This document shows positions 32,160 to 44,002 of a DNA stretch of 64,000 nucleotides, one piece after another. The notes under the pieces are model-generated. The model did no database searches. It was not told the origin of the DNA and saw only the letters and a program-made list of their open reading frames with translations. Source of the DNA: an uncultured delta proteobacterium (lineage in GTDB: Bacteria > Desulfobacterota > Syntrophobacteria > Syntrophobacterales > Syntrophobacteraceae); the NCBI GenBank assembly GCA_963727975.1, contig CAVSIN010000018.1:11084-75083 (forward strand), read 5' to 3'. The position numbers were made by a program, and so were the translations under genes. The first letter of the stretch is position 1. Each line of letters begins with the position of its first letter.

Positions 32160-32894
32160 CGAATTATCCTCCCTCGAATTTTATTTCATCCCGATTGTTC
32201 AGGCAAGAAATAGGGCATTCTTGACGCCGGATAAATTGAGCAAAGATCTTGCCAATTGTGCTTACAATGGCTACACCAGTGGATTATGTGCCGGAGTGAA
32301 TCCCAAAAGTTCTGAATATTGACACAAATATGTACAGTGCTGGCTTGACGATACCAAATTGTACCAGCGCAGGGTCAGGTCAAATTACGCAAAGCTCACA
32401 GGAATAAGGCCGCGGAAGCTTTTGCTGATTTGCGCTCAAGTTTGGTTGAGCGGATGGCGGCGGTGGATGACAGGAGGAGTTCCCGGGAGTAACTGCTTGC
32501 ATATGGTCGAGCCGGATTGATGTTTGGTCAAGGAGATTCATCTCTGCCGTTTCTGAACTATATTGGTTGGACATCGGCAATTATCGTCGATTTTCCCGGA
32601 TTTATGCGCCATCACCCGCTGCTGTCTTGTACTAATTTGTCTAAGGACTTGGAATCCGAGGTTCATATTTCATTGCATTATTTATATCTCAGAAATTACC
32701 TTGACAAATTATAAATGAATTGCTACCAAATCATACACCTTAGAGCTGCTCCTGATGTTAGGACAGGAAAAGGGATGCGCAAGATGAACCGGCCTGAGCA
32801 GCCAGAATCGGCGCGATGGTCGAACCGCTCATTCCGTGGGTCGGCTGTCAATGAGAGTGAATTACTAACAAATCAACCAATGAAGGGGTGTGCT

Positions 32895-33080
32895 ATGCTG
32901 AGAAGATCGTTATGGATGGTTTTATTTGTTGCCGGCGTCGTTATCACTATGGCCGGTTGCTCATGTTTTCCATCATGTGGACCGAAAGTAGAGGAGGCTC
33001 CTGCCACCCCTGCAGTAGTCATGCCGGCGCCCCAGCCACCGCCTCCGCCGGCTCCTTTGCCCAAAAAGGACCGCAACTAG
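32895..33080 (+). CDS. Small proline-rich lipoprotein
   Basis: MLRRSLWMVLFVAGVVITMAGC lipobox followed by PAPQPPPPPAPLP. GAAGGGG lies upstream of the ATG at 32895. Confidence 0.5.
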   Translation: MLRRSLWMVLFVAGVVITMAGCSCFPSCGPKVEEAPATPAVVMPAPQPPPPPAPLPKKDRN

Positions 33081-33173
33081 AACACTGCCATCGCCCTGCC
33101 TTGGTGATAAGACACGAAGGCAGGGCTACTTACATCTGCCGCTAAGAAACATATCGATGGGTAGTGTTACGGG

Positions 33174-33986
33174 ATGACAAGAGATATTAGAGAAACGAGA
33201 TTGCGTCCTTTGGCGGCATTGCTGTTCACAAAGCGTCCAGGCGGGATAGGAACGCTCGCCTCAGTCATTATCAAAGGACTTTGTGTTAGCCTGCTGACCA
33301 TAAGTTGCGCCCAACACCAAGCTGTCGTGTCCGACAAATCTTTGGCTGGACATCCCCCCGCCTCAGAAGCTCTTTCGACAAATGACTCGCAACCCGTCGC
33401 TGCGCCTGAGCCCAAAAGGGCGAACTTCGAACAGGAGCCTAAGTCCCTGAACGCCCAGCGTGTGGCGGACTGGGTAGTCGATTCAGGTGACAATGGCGAT
33501 ATGCCATTCGCAATTGTCGACAAGATGGACGCCAGAGTCTTTGTATTCGACGCCGATGGGCGAATTCGCGGCGCAGCCCGAGTCCTGGTGGGCTTGGCGC
33601 GGGGTGATGACTCCATTCCCGGTATCGGTGACCGCAAATTGTCGGACGTGCGTCCTGAGGAGCGCACGACGCCCGCGGGCCGCTTCGTCGCCTCGCTGGG
33701 CTACAATTTCCACGGAAAGGATGTCCTCTGGGTGGACTACAACGGCGCCGTTTCCATGCATCGGGTGGTTACTAATAACCCCAAGGAGCGCCGCCTGGAG
33801 CGCCTGGCCTCTGGAAATCCGCTCGAGCACCGCATTTCCTATGGTTGCATCAATGTTCCGGCGAATTTCTTCAATGAAGTCGTGAGCCCGACTTTTACCG
33901 GAACGACAGGCATAGTCTATGTGCTGCCGGATACCAGGTCGATCAGCGAAGTCTTCGCGAAGTATTATGACGTTGAGCGACGTTGA
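33174..33986 (+). CDS. L,D-transpeptidase-like (YkuD-fold) exported protein
   Basis: Intact 270-aa ORF with signal/lipobox LLTISC and a catalytic-type motif EHRISYGCINVPANFF near the C-terminus. Confidence 0.55.
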   Translation: MTRDIRETRLRPLAALLFTKRPGGIGTLASVIIKGLCVSLLTISCAQHQAVVSDKSLAGHPPASEALSTNDSQPVAAPEPKRANFEQEPKSLNAQRVADWVVDSGDNGDMPFAIVDKMDARVFVFDADGRIRGAARVLVGLARGDDSIPGIGDRKLSDVRPEERTTPAGRFVASLGYNFHGKDVLWVDYNGAVSMHRVVTNNPKERRLERLASGNPLEHRISYGCINVPANFFNEVVSPTFTGTTGIVYVLPDTRSISEVFAKYYDVERR

Positions 33987-34242
33987 TCAAAGGCGCAACT
34001 ACTGACCTCGCATTGGGAAAAAGGTTGGCCTTAGCCGCTAACGCCTCGACCCCGAGGCAATCCTCTCGCCCCGATTAACCGCAGGAGCGTCCAAAGGTTT
34101 TCATCGAATTATGGAGGCCATCCGGCGACCGCACGTTCCAGGTTCGATTGAAATAGTAAGCAGCATTACGTTAACATTGGGCTGCCTCTTTAAGGGCCCC
34201 AGTTCCTGAATTCAAAAATCACCCGAAAATAATTGCTGGTTC

Positions 34243-35885
34243 CTATGGCGTTTTTGCAAGCGCAGGAAGCTGGATACGGAATACCGCCCCGTTGCCGGGC
34301 GCGCTTTCCGCAGTGATGACCCCTTTGTGTCGATCGATAATGCCGTAAACTACCGAAAGACCCAGTCCGAGACCTTTGCCCTCTTGTTTGGTGCTGAAAA
34401 AGGGATCGAAAATCCGGGTGAGGTTTTCTTTAACTATGCCGCGGCCGGTATCGGAAACTTTAATTTGGACATAATTATGTAGAAAATAGGTTCGAGGCGA
34501 GGGCTGGCGAGAGCCCGTTTTGATGCTTCGCAGGTGAGGCGGGCATAATGAAAAATTACCTTCGGAGATGAAAGCGGTTTCGATCGTTAGGCTTCCGCCA
34601 TCCGGCATGGCGTCGGCGGCATTGAAAATGAGGTTGAGCAGGCATTGCTGGAGCAGGTTGAAGTCACCCGATATCTTGGGCGCCCCGGGGTGTAAAACGG
34701 TTTTGATTTCGATGTTCTGAAGCGTGAGCTTGTGTCTGCTGAGCAGCAAGCTCCTCTCAATCAGGTTGTTTATATCCACATCGCTGAAGTCCAACTTCGA
34801 CTTTCGGGAAAATGCAAGCAGGTTGGACACTATTTCCGAGGATCGCTTGACCTCGTTCCCCATGATGTCCAAATATCCTTGGAATTTTCGGATGTTTTCC
34901 GTGGATAATGTCCCCGGGTTCAGGATCTTGGACATAAGAAGAATGTAGTTCTGAATGCCGCTAAGAGGATTATTGATCTCGTGAACCACACTTGCAGCCA
35001 GTTTCCCCATGGAGACCATCTTGTCCTGGTGAAGATACTTTGCCTGATCCAGAAATTGTTGCTTGAGCCGCTTCACAAGTCTCAGGTCCCGAAGAAATGC
35101 GACGGTCCCGATTTCCTGGTTTTCCTGGGAAAGGATCTGTGCGGAAAGCCGGACAGGAATCTTTTCACCTGTTTTGGAGATCAAGGTGGATTCGGAAAGA
35201 AACAGCTTATCTTCTCCACCCAGTTCTTCGCTATATAGCTGATCCAGGAATTTTTCCCAGCCCTCGGATGAAAAGAGTTGGTAAAGGAAGACTTTCCCGA
35301 TGACCATGTCTTTGGAATAGCCCAGCATTTGTTCCATGCTTTTGTTGAAAATAATAATCTTTTTGTCGTAATCGCACCCGATAATCCCGTCAATGGAGCT
35401 TTCGATGAGTCTTTCCTGAAACTTGAAAGTCTTGGACAGCGCTTCAGAAGTATCCAGCCACCGCTCTTCCATAAGTGCGGTATATTCCTGCAGCTTCTTC
35501 TGACTGATGTAGCGTTTCTTGGCCCTCCCGATCGAGGGCAGGAGATCGTCATTGCCTATGGGCCTGGCGATAAAGTCAGCAGCGCCAAGACGAAAAGATT
35601 CCACTGCGTTTTTCATGTCGCCGCAAGTGGTGGCCACAATAACTTCGCTGTTCAGGCAGGCCTCCTTAATAGACGCCAGGACTGAAACGCCATCCATGCC
35701 GGGAAGGCGGACCTGAGTAATGACAATCTGAGGAGATTCTTTTTGCGGCATAACTCGACGCCGGTTTCTCCGTCTGAGGCCGTAAGTACGTCATATCCGG
35801 CCTTCTCCAGGAGAACGCACATGGCATGGCGCATATCTTGATCGCCATCTATTAACAGCACTCTCCACTCGTTTTCATTGAGCAT
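34243..35885 (-). pseudogene. Hybrid receiver-PAS-histidine kinase; one frameshift near 35745
   Basis: REC: RVLLIDGDQDMRHAM...VITQVRLPGMDG. PAS: IESSIDGIIGCDYDKKIIIFN. H-box: AASVVHEINNPL. N/G boxes: NLIFNAADAM, VSDTGRGI, GKGLGLGLSVV. Confidence 0.85.
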
Positions 35886-36128
35886 AATATGGTAGGACCC
35901 TTTCATACAGAGCTTCTACGCGGCTGCCTGTCCATGCTGGTGGAGCATGGTGAATGGCGAGCCTGTCAGCAGCTTGGACGGCGCATAAAGAGGTGCGCTC
36001 GTAAATGATAATGCTGCTTCAGGTCATTGAGGCTCGCCGTATGCATCACACCATGGCTCTGCCGCATGCCTGATTGACTCGACTCTCAAAGTCCCGGCCC
36101 GGCATGCGCCATCCCCGGCAAACCTGAT

Positions 36129-36449
36129 TCAACCGTGCGGCGACCCACGCGCCTCTTCCGAAACGGTCACGCGGGGCGCTTGGTTGCCGCCTTCCATAGC
36201 GTTTTTGAACTTACCACACCACGATGCATGATTCCATATCATGCAGGACGTGAAAATTCTCCTCGCGCCAAGGTAGCGAAATGGATTGCGAAAAAGTGCA
36301 AGCCCATAGGGTTCTCCGCTCTTTGGAACAGTGTTCCTCGATTCTCGCATACCCTCGGCGACAAGTTGGCTGCACTGTCCGGGGTTGATGCAGTTCGGTT
36401 TCCGTTCCGGTAGTGCTTTCATTCCCATGAGGATTTTGGTATCTTTCAA
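36129..36449 (-). CDS. Hypothetical ORF (106 aa), weak support
   Basis: An open frame only. No RBS or motif recognised. Confidence 0.2.
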   Translation of the reverse strand: MKDTKILMGMKALPERKPNCINPGQCSQLVAEGMRESRNTVPKSGEPYGLALFRNPFRYLGARRIFTSCMIWNHASWCGKFKNAMEGGNQAPRVTVSEEARGSPHG

Positions 36450-36744
36450 GTTGGCGCTGTCCGCTTAACTAATTGAAAATAGGCGTCAAGTCTCATTTTG
36501 TAATATAATTTTCCTGCGGACAAACTACTGATACAAAAGCAGAATCAGGCCATGGCGCCTGTCGGCCCGATTTTTCCGCCGGATGCTGCAACGTGTTGAC
36601 CGACACGTTTTCAATCGGCCGGGACCTCAGGGATTCAAGCCCGTGTCGTCGGCGCCCCGGCCTCAACCGATGGCGGGAGTCCACGGCGATGATGCTCGCC
36701 CGGCTTACTTAGGTGAATCTTTTGAAAAATAATTGGATTTTTTC

Positions 36745-37731
36745 ATGACATCCCCGGATTTTTCTCAGGAATCACTACGAGAACTCACTTCTAAATGGTT
36801 ACCTCAAAAGCCGGGGCAGCGCCTCAAAGTGTACAAAGATACAACCGATTTCTTCCGTATCGAATATGGTGATATTGTTATCCTTGATGGAAATCCTTTT
36901 CTTGATTCGCCATAATGCGAAAGAAGGGCGTTTTGGACTTGATGATGAAGAAAAGTTCTGGGTTAAGCGTTCAATTGATTTACGTTCAGGAATGACAAAA
37001 ATCATTAAACTTGTGTTTTTCGAGAAGTTTAATGCACGTATTGGCGAAATAGAATTCGAATGCTTCCGAAGCCCTCGAAAAGAAGCTCGTATCCTCGATC
37101 TCGTAAAAGATCTTCCCAATTTCATGCATGGTTATTCTGTACAAGATGATCATGAAAACATTGTTCGCATTCTTGACTTTATCTACGGGATATCATTAGC
37201 AGAACATATCAGAGAAATCGCAATGACCATGAATCATGAGACGTATTTCTATCAATATTTTCCGACAGTATTAGATAATTATATTCTCTGTGTCGAAGGT
37301 ATTCGTTTCCTTCATGATCATGGTGAAAAACATGGAGACATCCGAAGAGATCATATTCTGATTGACCGCGAAAGCGGACAATACCGATGGATTGATTATG
37401 ATTACAATTTTCGTCATAGAGAAAATATGTATGGCTATGATCTGTTTGGTCTTGGGAATATTTTGATTTATTTAGTAGGTATGGGAGATATTGTATATCA
37501 GGATTTGAAAAGGTCAAATCACCCTTCACTTGATCAGTTAGCAGAAGATGATGTTAACATTGTATTCAACAACCGAATTGCCAACCTTAAAAAAGTGTAT
37601 CTTATATTCCAGATAGTTTGAACCGAATCCTGATGCACTTCTCAAAAGGAGCTAACGTATTCTATGATCATACGACTCAATTAATTGATGATCTGCGCGA
37701 GGTCCAATCAACCTTTCCAAAACCAGCATAA
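36745..37731 (+). pseudogene. Protein-kinase-like fold protein (Kdo/WaaP/APH-like catalytic motifs) in an AT-rich islet; 2 frameshifts (about 36900, 37600)
   Basis: Catalytic-loop-like HGDIRRDHILID and metal-binding-like RWIDYDYNF. The N-terminal part is GDIVILDGNPFL/IRHNAKEGRFGLDDEEKFWVKR. The reading frame continues after 37600 as YIPDSLNRILMHFSKGANVFYDH... Confidence 0.55.
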
Positions 37732-37840
37732 GAATACGCAATTGATTGTTCGTTTAAATTATTCATAATATGCTGGTATAGAGTATTTAACATACTGAAA
37801 TATCATTTTCAATTGCATTTCATGAAAGGACTTGAAAGAA

Positions 37841-38302
37841 ATGAGCTTTGAAATAAATCGAAATATTCTAATTGCTGCGGATGAATCTGAGAATGCACAG
37901 CGCGCGGTAACTTATGTTGGAAAACTCTTAGGAGGAATTAAAGGGTTTAAAGTTACAGTGTTGCATGTTATTCGCGAACCTGAGGATGACTATTTCCCAC
38001 AAGAAGCTGATAAAGATCAATGGTATAATGAATATCGTCAACAGGTTGATCAGATGCTTGAAAAGTATCGCAATATTTTAATTGATGCAGGATTTGACCC
38101 TGAAGATGTATCAACCCGTTCAACTATCCGATATTGCCCTTCAATGGCGGAATGTATTCTTGCAGAAAGAGATAAAACTGAATATAGTACCTTAGTCGTC
38201 GGAAGAAAAGGACTTAGTCATAAAGAAGAATTTTTATTCGGAAGCATTTCGGGAAAAATCGTCAGAACTGCTAAAAATTGTACGGTCTGGGTGGTTGAAT
38301 AG
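37841..38302 (+). CDS. Universal stress protein (UspA family)
   Basis: Intact ORF with ILIAADESENAQRAV and the ATP-binding-type C-terminus LVVGRKGLSHKEEFLFGSISGKIVRTAKNCTVWVV. Confidence 0.8.
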   Translation: MSFEINRNILIAADESENAQRAVTYVGKLLGGIKGFKVTVLHVIREPEDDYFPQEADKDQWYNEYRQQVDQMLEKYRNILIDAGFDPEDVSTRSTIRYCPSMAECILAERDKTEYSTLVVGRKGLSHKEEFLFGSISGKIVRTAKNCTVWVVE

Positions 38303-38625
38303 CTTTGGTCGCTGTAGAATACTTTCTTGGTCATACACGGTCGTAAGCATGAATTTGACGTCCCTTAATCCGGCCCATCCTTCGCCGCGGGACCTGCGGA
38401 TATGCCGGCGTAAATTCGGCTGGAGGCCGTTTAAGATTTGGCTTCATTGCGGGAACGCAACGCTTTTTGAAAACCAAGATCGCCTTTAACTGGTTTTCTT
38501 CACGCGCTGAAAACATTTCTGTGAGCACCCGCACGCTGCCCAAGAGCGGGGCCGTTATCCACGCCGGATTCCCGGCGCGCTTGGCGCCCACGCCGCCCGT
38601 TACAATCTCGGCTCGCCCAAATTTC

Positions 38626-40602
38626 GCCTAACTCGGGTTTTTGCCAGATGGGCACATATGACACTGATTTTACTAGTGCGCCCTAGATTCCATGCGGGTT
38701 TACAGCCCCGCAAACCTCGAAAAAGTTCAAAAAGTGTAGGCACACGAGGTCAATTTTTATTCTTGACACCATCGGGTAGTACATGCTAATCGAGTAGGCA
38801 TGTATCTACGAACTACAAAACGCAAAAACAGAGATGGATCGGTGGTCGAGTACTACCAGCTTGCCCACAACGTCCGGCATTCCGAAACGGGAAATCCGGT
38901 CGCCGAGATCATCCACAATTTCGGGCGAGCGGATGAACTCGACCGGGACGATCTGGTCAGGCTCTGCCGCTCGATTGCCAGGGTCTGCGGTGTTGAGGTT
39001 CATGACCCTTTGGATTCTGCTGAAACCGCTACAGGTCCCATCCGCGAGCAATCACCCGCGCTCCCTGAAAAGGTGCGGCTGATTCAGACCTTTGATTTCG
39101 GTGTTCCTCTTGTGGTCGAGGCGCTTTGGGAGCGACTGAAGATCGGCCCCGCATTGCGCAAAGTTATGGAAGAATCCGGAGGCACTCCTTTACACGAAAG
39201 AGCCCTTCTTGCCATGGTTGCAAACCGGCTCTGCGAGCCCGACTCCAAACTCGGCGTATGGGATCGCTGGCTACATTCGGTATACATGCCCTCTTGCGGT
39301 ACGGTAAAGCTCTACCAGATGTATGAGGCGATGGACCTGCTGCACTGGAACGTGGCCGAAGTCGAGAATGCGGTCTTTTTCCATGTGGCGAACCTTTTCA
39401 ACCTCGTGGTGGATGTCATTTTCTATGACACAACGACCGCCTCCTTCTCTATTGACGAAGAGGACGAGGACACCGAAGCGGGATCGGGCTTTCGAAAGTT
39501 CGGCCATTCCAAAAACGGCACATGGAGTCCGCAGATCGTGGTCGCTCTAGCCGTAACCAGGGAAGGCCTGCCGGTAAGGAGTTGGGTATTCCCCGGCAAC
39601 ACCTCCGATGTTGATACAGTCAAGAAGGTCCGTGAAGACCTCCGGGGATGGAAGCTTGGGCGGGCGCTCTTCGTTGCCGACTCCGGGATGAACTCCGCCA
39701 CAAACCGCGATGAACTGGCCAGAGCCTGCGGAAAATACCTTCTGGCTACCCGTATGGCCAGCGTTTCAGAGATTAAGGAAGAGGTAGTCACCAAGCCGGG
39801 CCGTTTTAAAACGATTGCCGAAAATCTCCAGGCAAAGGAAGTAGTCGTAGGAGATGGAGAACTCCGGCGCCGTTATATCCTGTGCCACAATCCCCGCGAG
39901 GCTGAAAGGGAGCGAAAGCATAGGGAGCAAGTTGTCAAAGAGCTTGACGAAGAACTAAAAGGCCATCCGGATCATCATGCCACTGCCAGATGGGCAATCG
40001 ATCTTCTGGCATCCGGCAGGTACAAACGTTACCTGAAGGTCGATAAGCAGGGCCGTATCCGACTGGACCGTGAAACAATCCAGCAGGTGTCAAAGTATGA
40101 CGGCAAATGGGTGCTCCAGACCAATGATGACACCATAACCGTAGAAGATGCAGCCGCCGGTTATAAGGGACTCCTTGTGATCGAGCGGGCCTTCAGGACC
40201 CTTAAGAGCACGCGGATCAAGATGGAGCCGATGTACCACTGGCTGCCCAAACGCATCGAAGCTCACGTGAAGCTTTGTGTCTTCTCGCTTCTCATCGAAA
40301 AGAGTCGCCGAACTCAGATGCAAGCAGTCCTGGCCGAACATCCGGAGGACACTTTCCACGCTCCAGGCGACCGAGTTTCACACCCGAAAAAATCAATTCT
40401 TTCAACGCAACGAGCCATCATCCGAGCTTGTCCGAACACTTAAATCCCTAGAGATTCCAATGCCTAAGGCCGTCATGGATATTCAATCGGCACCCTCTCA
40501 CGCGTAGGCACACGACAAATTTGGCCACCCTATGTAAGTCACTAGATTTATGGCCATTTTATGATTGTGTTTGCCTACCCCGCAAAAACCCGAGCCTAAG
40601 GC
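38626..40602 (+). mobile_element. IS1634-family insertion sequence (about 1.98 kb), boundaries approximate
   Basis: Imperfect terminal inverted repeats share a 13-nt perfect core CTCGGGTTTTTGC (38632-38644; reverse complement at 40582-40594) within GCCTAAC.../GCCTTAGG... ends. Confidence 0.65.
38800..40507 (+). pseudogene. IS1634-family (IS4 superfamily) DDE transposase; one frameshift near 40300
   Basis: MYLRTTKRKNRDGSVVEYYQLAHNVRH..., YDTTTASF (D), ADSGMNS (D). The C-terminus continues in another frame (RVAELRCKQSWPNIRRTLSTLQATEFH...PKAVMDI). Confidence 0.8.
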
Positions 40603-40728
40603 TTATCGGCCGACCCCCGCCGCAGATTCTGCTCATCAAAAACGATGATGATGCCGAATAAAAAAATGCAAGTTGCAAAGCCAATCACTTCCTTTCAAAC
40701 TTTTATCCATCGACTCGGGAGGAGCAAC

Positions 40729-42190
40729 ATGAATTTGTTCAAACGTATGGTTGTCGTGCTCGGTCTTGTGCTTACGCTCATCGTCCCCGTCCAGGTTCCG
40801 GTCCAGGCGCAGACGATTATAAATGACGGCACAACTCTTAAACAGATCATCATCTTCGGCCGCCACAGCATACGCTCATCCACAGGGGACCCATCGACAA
40901 TTGGCCCATTTTGCAGTCGATCCTTACCCCCCCTTCTGTGATGGAGGCTTCGAAGTCCCGCCAGGCTGTTTGACCCCAAATGGGAGGAATGCGGAAATCC
41001 TGCTTGGCGCCTATTACCGCAATTATCTGCTCAACGAGGGACTTCTGACGGGCAACGATCAAACAGATGCAGCGCACTCGTATTTCCGCTCCAATTCCAT
41101 CGAGCGCTCATACGATCACCGCTGACGCATTTCAGACCGGGTTGATCCCGAACTCCACCGCGCCCGTACACTCCTACCCTCTTGGCCAGCCCGACCCGGT
41201 TTTCGATCCAATAGGGGCAAACGTGGCGAAGGTCGACCCGGTTCGCGCCGCTACCGAAGTTCAGGAAATTTTCAATAGCGGAGCAGCGTTGGCATCCGCT
41301 TACAGTGGCGAGTATTCTCTAATTCGCAGCGTGCTCTTCGACTATCCATTAGGAACGCAGCCACCGCCCCCTACGCCGCAATACTGCGGTCACCACGCCG
41401 GTACCCTGTACTGACCCGACCTCTCATAGCAATTACCCTCACCCCCAATACCACGCGCCATTGTATACAGGAGGCGTTATTAATATCGGTGGACTGGCGA
41501 ACACCGATTGATGCCGCCGATCCTTTCGTGATGCAATACGCCGATGGCTTCCCGCTGGAACAGGTGGCTTGGGGCCGACTCAAGGCGTCACGCTGGATCT
41601 ACTCTCCCAACAGACCCGGATTATAAGACCTTCTCTTTGATATTGAAATGCGTTCGCCCTACCTCAACACAGGTGCAGAGCTCCAACGCCGCCTCACACG
41701 TACTCCGCACCATGCAGCAGGCTGTAATCGGCTATAATGTTCCTGGAGCATTTGGTAACGCCGGATCACGGATGGTTGTAGTTATCAGCTCTGATGCGTA
41801 CGTGGCCGGATTGGCGGGACTTCTTCAACTGCATTGGCAGTTGCCCGGATATCAACCGGATTTTTGTGCTCCTGGCGGAGCGCTCGTTTTCGAACTGCGA
41901 CAGTCGAAAAGATCGAACGAGTATCTTGTCCGCGTGTTCTACACCGCACAGACCTTCGACCAACTCCGTAATCTGACGCCTCTGACGCTCGATGAACCAC
42001 CTGCGACAATAGCAGCTTCTGATTCCGGGCGGCAGCAAATCGGCCACGGACCTGGATGTTAACTTTGGCGTTTTTCAAAAGCTTCTGAGCAACGCAATCG
42101 GCCCGCAATACGTGGAGGATCCCTCGGAAAGAGGTGCCGCCTGGCGTGTTAACCGGGGTCTCCTGCCAACAGGGAGCCGCCTGTCAATAA
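40729..42190 (+). pseudogene. Secreted histidine acid phosphatase (branch 2, AppA/phytase-like); at least 5 frameshifts, 3' end uncertain
   Basis: GGGAGGAG RBS, signal peptide MNLFKRMVVVLGLVLTLIVPVQV and catalytic-type IIIFGRHSIRS. Later pieces are LTPNGRNAEILLGAYYRNYL, DPFVMQYADGFPLEQVAWG and GGALVFELRQSKRSNEYLVRVFYTAQTFDQLR. Confidence 0.55.
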
Positions 42191-42571
42191 AGCGTCTGTC
42201 AGCGAACAGGCGCGTTGAACAAAACAGTCCAATACTGTTGAGTTTTCGCCCGAAGACCAGTGCGCAGACCAGGCCGGCGCCGTCCGCAATGACATCTCGT
42301 TTGCCGGTAAACAACCGCTGCGAAATAAATGTGGATTGAAACAGGCGATCCTTCTTATTTTTGTGTTTGTGTCATAAACTTCGATGTATATTTTGAGCCG
42401 CCTCCGCAATCCCTCGGCAGGGACAAGCCAGACAATGAAAAGAAGCCGGGCGTATGGGAATAATAAAATTCCCGAGGCCTTGGCGCCCTGCTCGTTCTCC
42501 GGGTGGGCCGGCAGGCTTTCAGTGAGGGGCTTCCCGTTAAGGATCTCAGCAAAGAGAGGAGATGGGTAACC

Positions 42572-42910
42572 ATGAAGAAACTTAACACAAAGAGTGCAGT
42601 TGTGGCGGTCATGGCTCTGATTATGGTTTTCGCAGTAAACTCGGTTCTAATACCGCAATGCCGTGCAGCCGGCGAACAAGGAACAAAGGAAGGCGCCCGC
42701 TTTGATGTCAACACCTCCATGTGGGAAAATCTGGTTGCGCTCAAGGGCAAAATCGTAACAGTCACCTTATCGACAGGGCAGCCGATAACCGGAACGGTCA
42801 GTGACGTCAAAGGCAATCTTTTGCTCCTTTCCAGGATAAGCCAGAGGGATTTCTATGATGCCCTGATCGCTATAGATCATATCGCCGCCATAGAAACCAA
42901 AGTCAGGTAG
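42572..42910 (+). CDS. Small secreted hypothetical protein
   Basis: AGGAG RBS, signal peptide MKKLNTKSAVVAVMALIMVFAV and an intact frame. Confidence 0.55.
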   Translation: MKKLNTKSAVVAVMALIMVFAVNSVLIPQCRAAGEQGTKEGARFDVNTSMWENLVALKGKIVTVTLSTGQPITGTVSDVKGNLLLLSRISQRDFYDALIAIDHIAAIETKVR

Positions 42911-43062
42911 AAAAGACTTCAACCGGTCGGGGTCCGAATCGGCGCTTCACACAAAATTGGCGACGAGGCTCAGGGGCGGCGATGATGAATTGCGCCTCGT
43001 CCCCTGGGTCCGTCTCGCAACGGCTTTCGGACCCAAATCGATATCCGGACAAAAAAGAGCGG

Positions 43063-43806
43063 CTAAAAACTCTCTTCAACGAGTTTACCGCTCGTCGCGA
43101 AAAACTTTTGTTTATCGCTCTTGTGCGGGTGCCCTGAAAACTGCTGGATCTTCCAGGGTTCGAGGTCTTCGAGAGGCACTCCGGCCCGCTGCAACACCTC
43201 TTTGCCGGGCAGAAAAACCGCGTTCTCCTCATCCATCACGCGCACCAGCACAAGCGTATACCCCGGATAAAATTCGGTCTTCACAATTCGGCCGCCAATC
43301 TCACCTGATACATTCAAATCGGCGTCCTTGGGTTCGTAAATCAGATCCTTGGGGTGTTTGACCTTGTCCGGATCGCCCAGAGCCAGAACCAAATCGATTT
43401 TCCACTTGCCATCTTCCTTTTTGAAGGAGATCATCTCTTCAAAACGGGTGCGCGGCCGGTCTATTTCGCGCATAGCCGGAAGTTGCGAGAGCAAATAGAG
43501 GTTGGCGCTCTGGCCGTTTGCGCTCCACGCAACATGCTGCACTTCGTATAATTCCGGTATTTGAGCGCGCGAGATCAACAGAAAGTAATCTCGATCCTCT
43601 TTTTTCACGATCTGCTTGCCTATATCCTTTTGTTGTTCAACCGTGCGCAATGAAAGCATTTTCTTTACATCACCCACTTTCGACACGGAATTATACTCAT
43701 CGAAGGCGCGCGTGAGTTCGGCGGCGCCTTGGGCCGCCACAGCGGCGCCTGCGACGGTGAAGCAAGCCAACAACACGATCGAAAAGAAACTCAACCTGTT
43801 AAACAT
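43063..43806 (-). CDS. Secreted hypothetical protein (247 aa)
   Basis: Intact ORF with signal peptide MFNRLSFFSIVLLACFTVAGAAVAAQG. No recognisable family. Confidence 0.6.
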   Translation of the reverse strand: MFNRLSFFSIVLLACFTVAGAAVAAQGAAELTRAFDEYNSVSKVGDVKKMLSLRTVEQQKDIGKQIVKKEDRDYFLLISRAQIPELYEVQHVAWSANGQSANLYLLSQLPAMREIDRPRTRFEEMISFKKEDGKWKIDLVLALGDPDKVKHPKDLIYEPKDADLNVSGEIGGRIVKTEFYPGYTLVLVRVMDEENAVFLPGKEVLQRAGVPLEDLEPWKIQQFSGHPHKSDKQKFFATSGKLVEESF

Positions 43807-44002
43807 GGGCGATCCTTTTGTTGATAGTAATAACCGCCGGCAGCATCCAAATGACCGGTCAAAGCTGACTTGCCTGTAATGAGAACGGCATTATATCGCA
43901 CGGCGATTCAATCACCGAAAATATTTCACGCGTTGAGCGCGCGGGTCATTCCGAAAGAGAGTCCCTCACGTCATCTAGGCCCGGCTATGTGGAAAGTAAG
44001 AA

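Noticed and set aside
36552-36656. A tRNA-like segment (GGCGCC ... GGGATTCAAGCCC ... GGCGCC) at the left edge of the AT-rich islet, considered as a tRNA or att-site remnant.
   Set aside because: About 103 nt long, with no proper T-arm pairing. The only strong hairpin (AACGTGT-tgaccg-ACACGTT) has a 6-nt loop, and no cloverleaf can be drawn.
42962-43007. The GACGAGGC ... GCCTCGTC stem (8 bp, 24-nt loop) between convergent genes as a bidirectional terminator.
   Set aside because: It has no flanking T or A tracts and a large loop. It may be structural, but it cannot be called a terminator.
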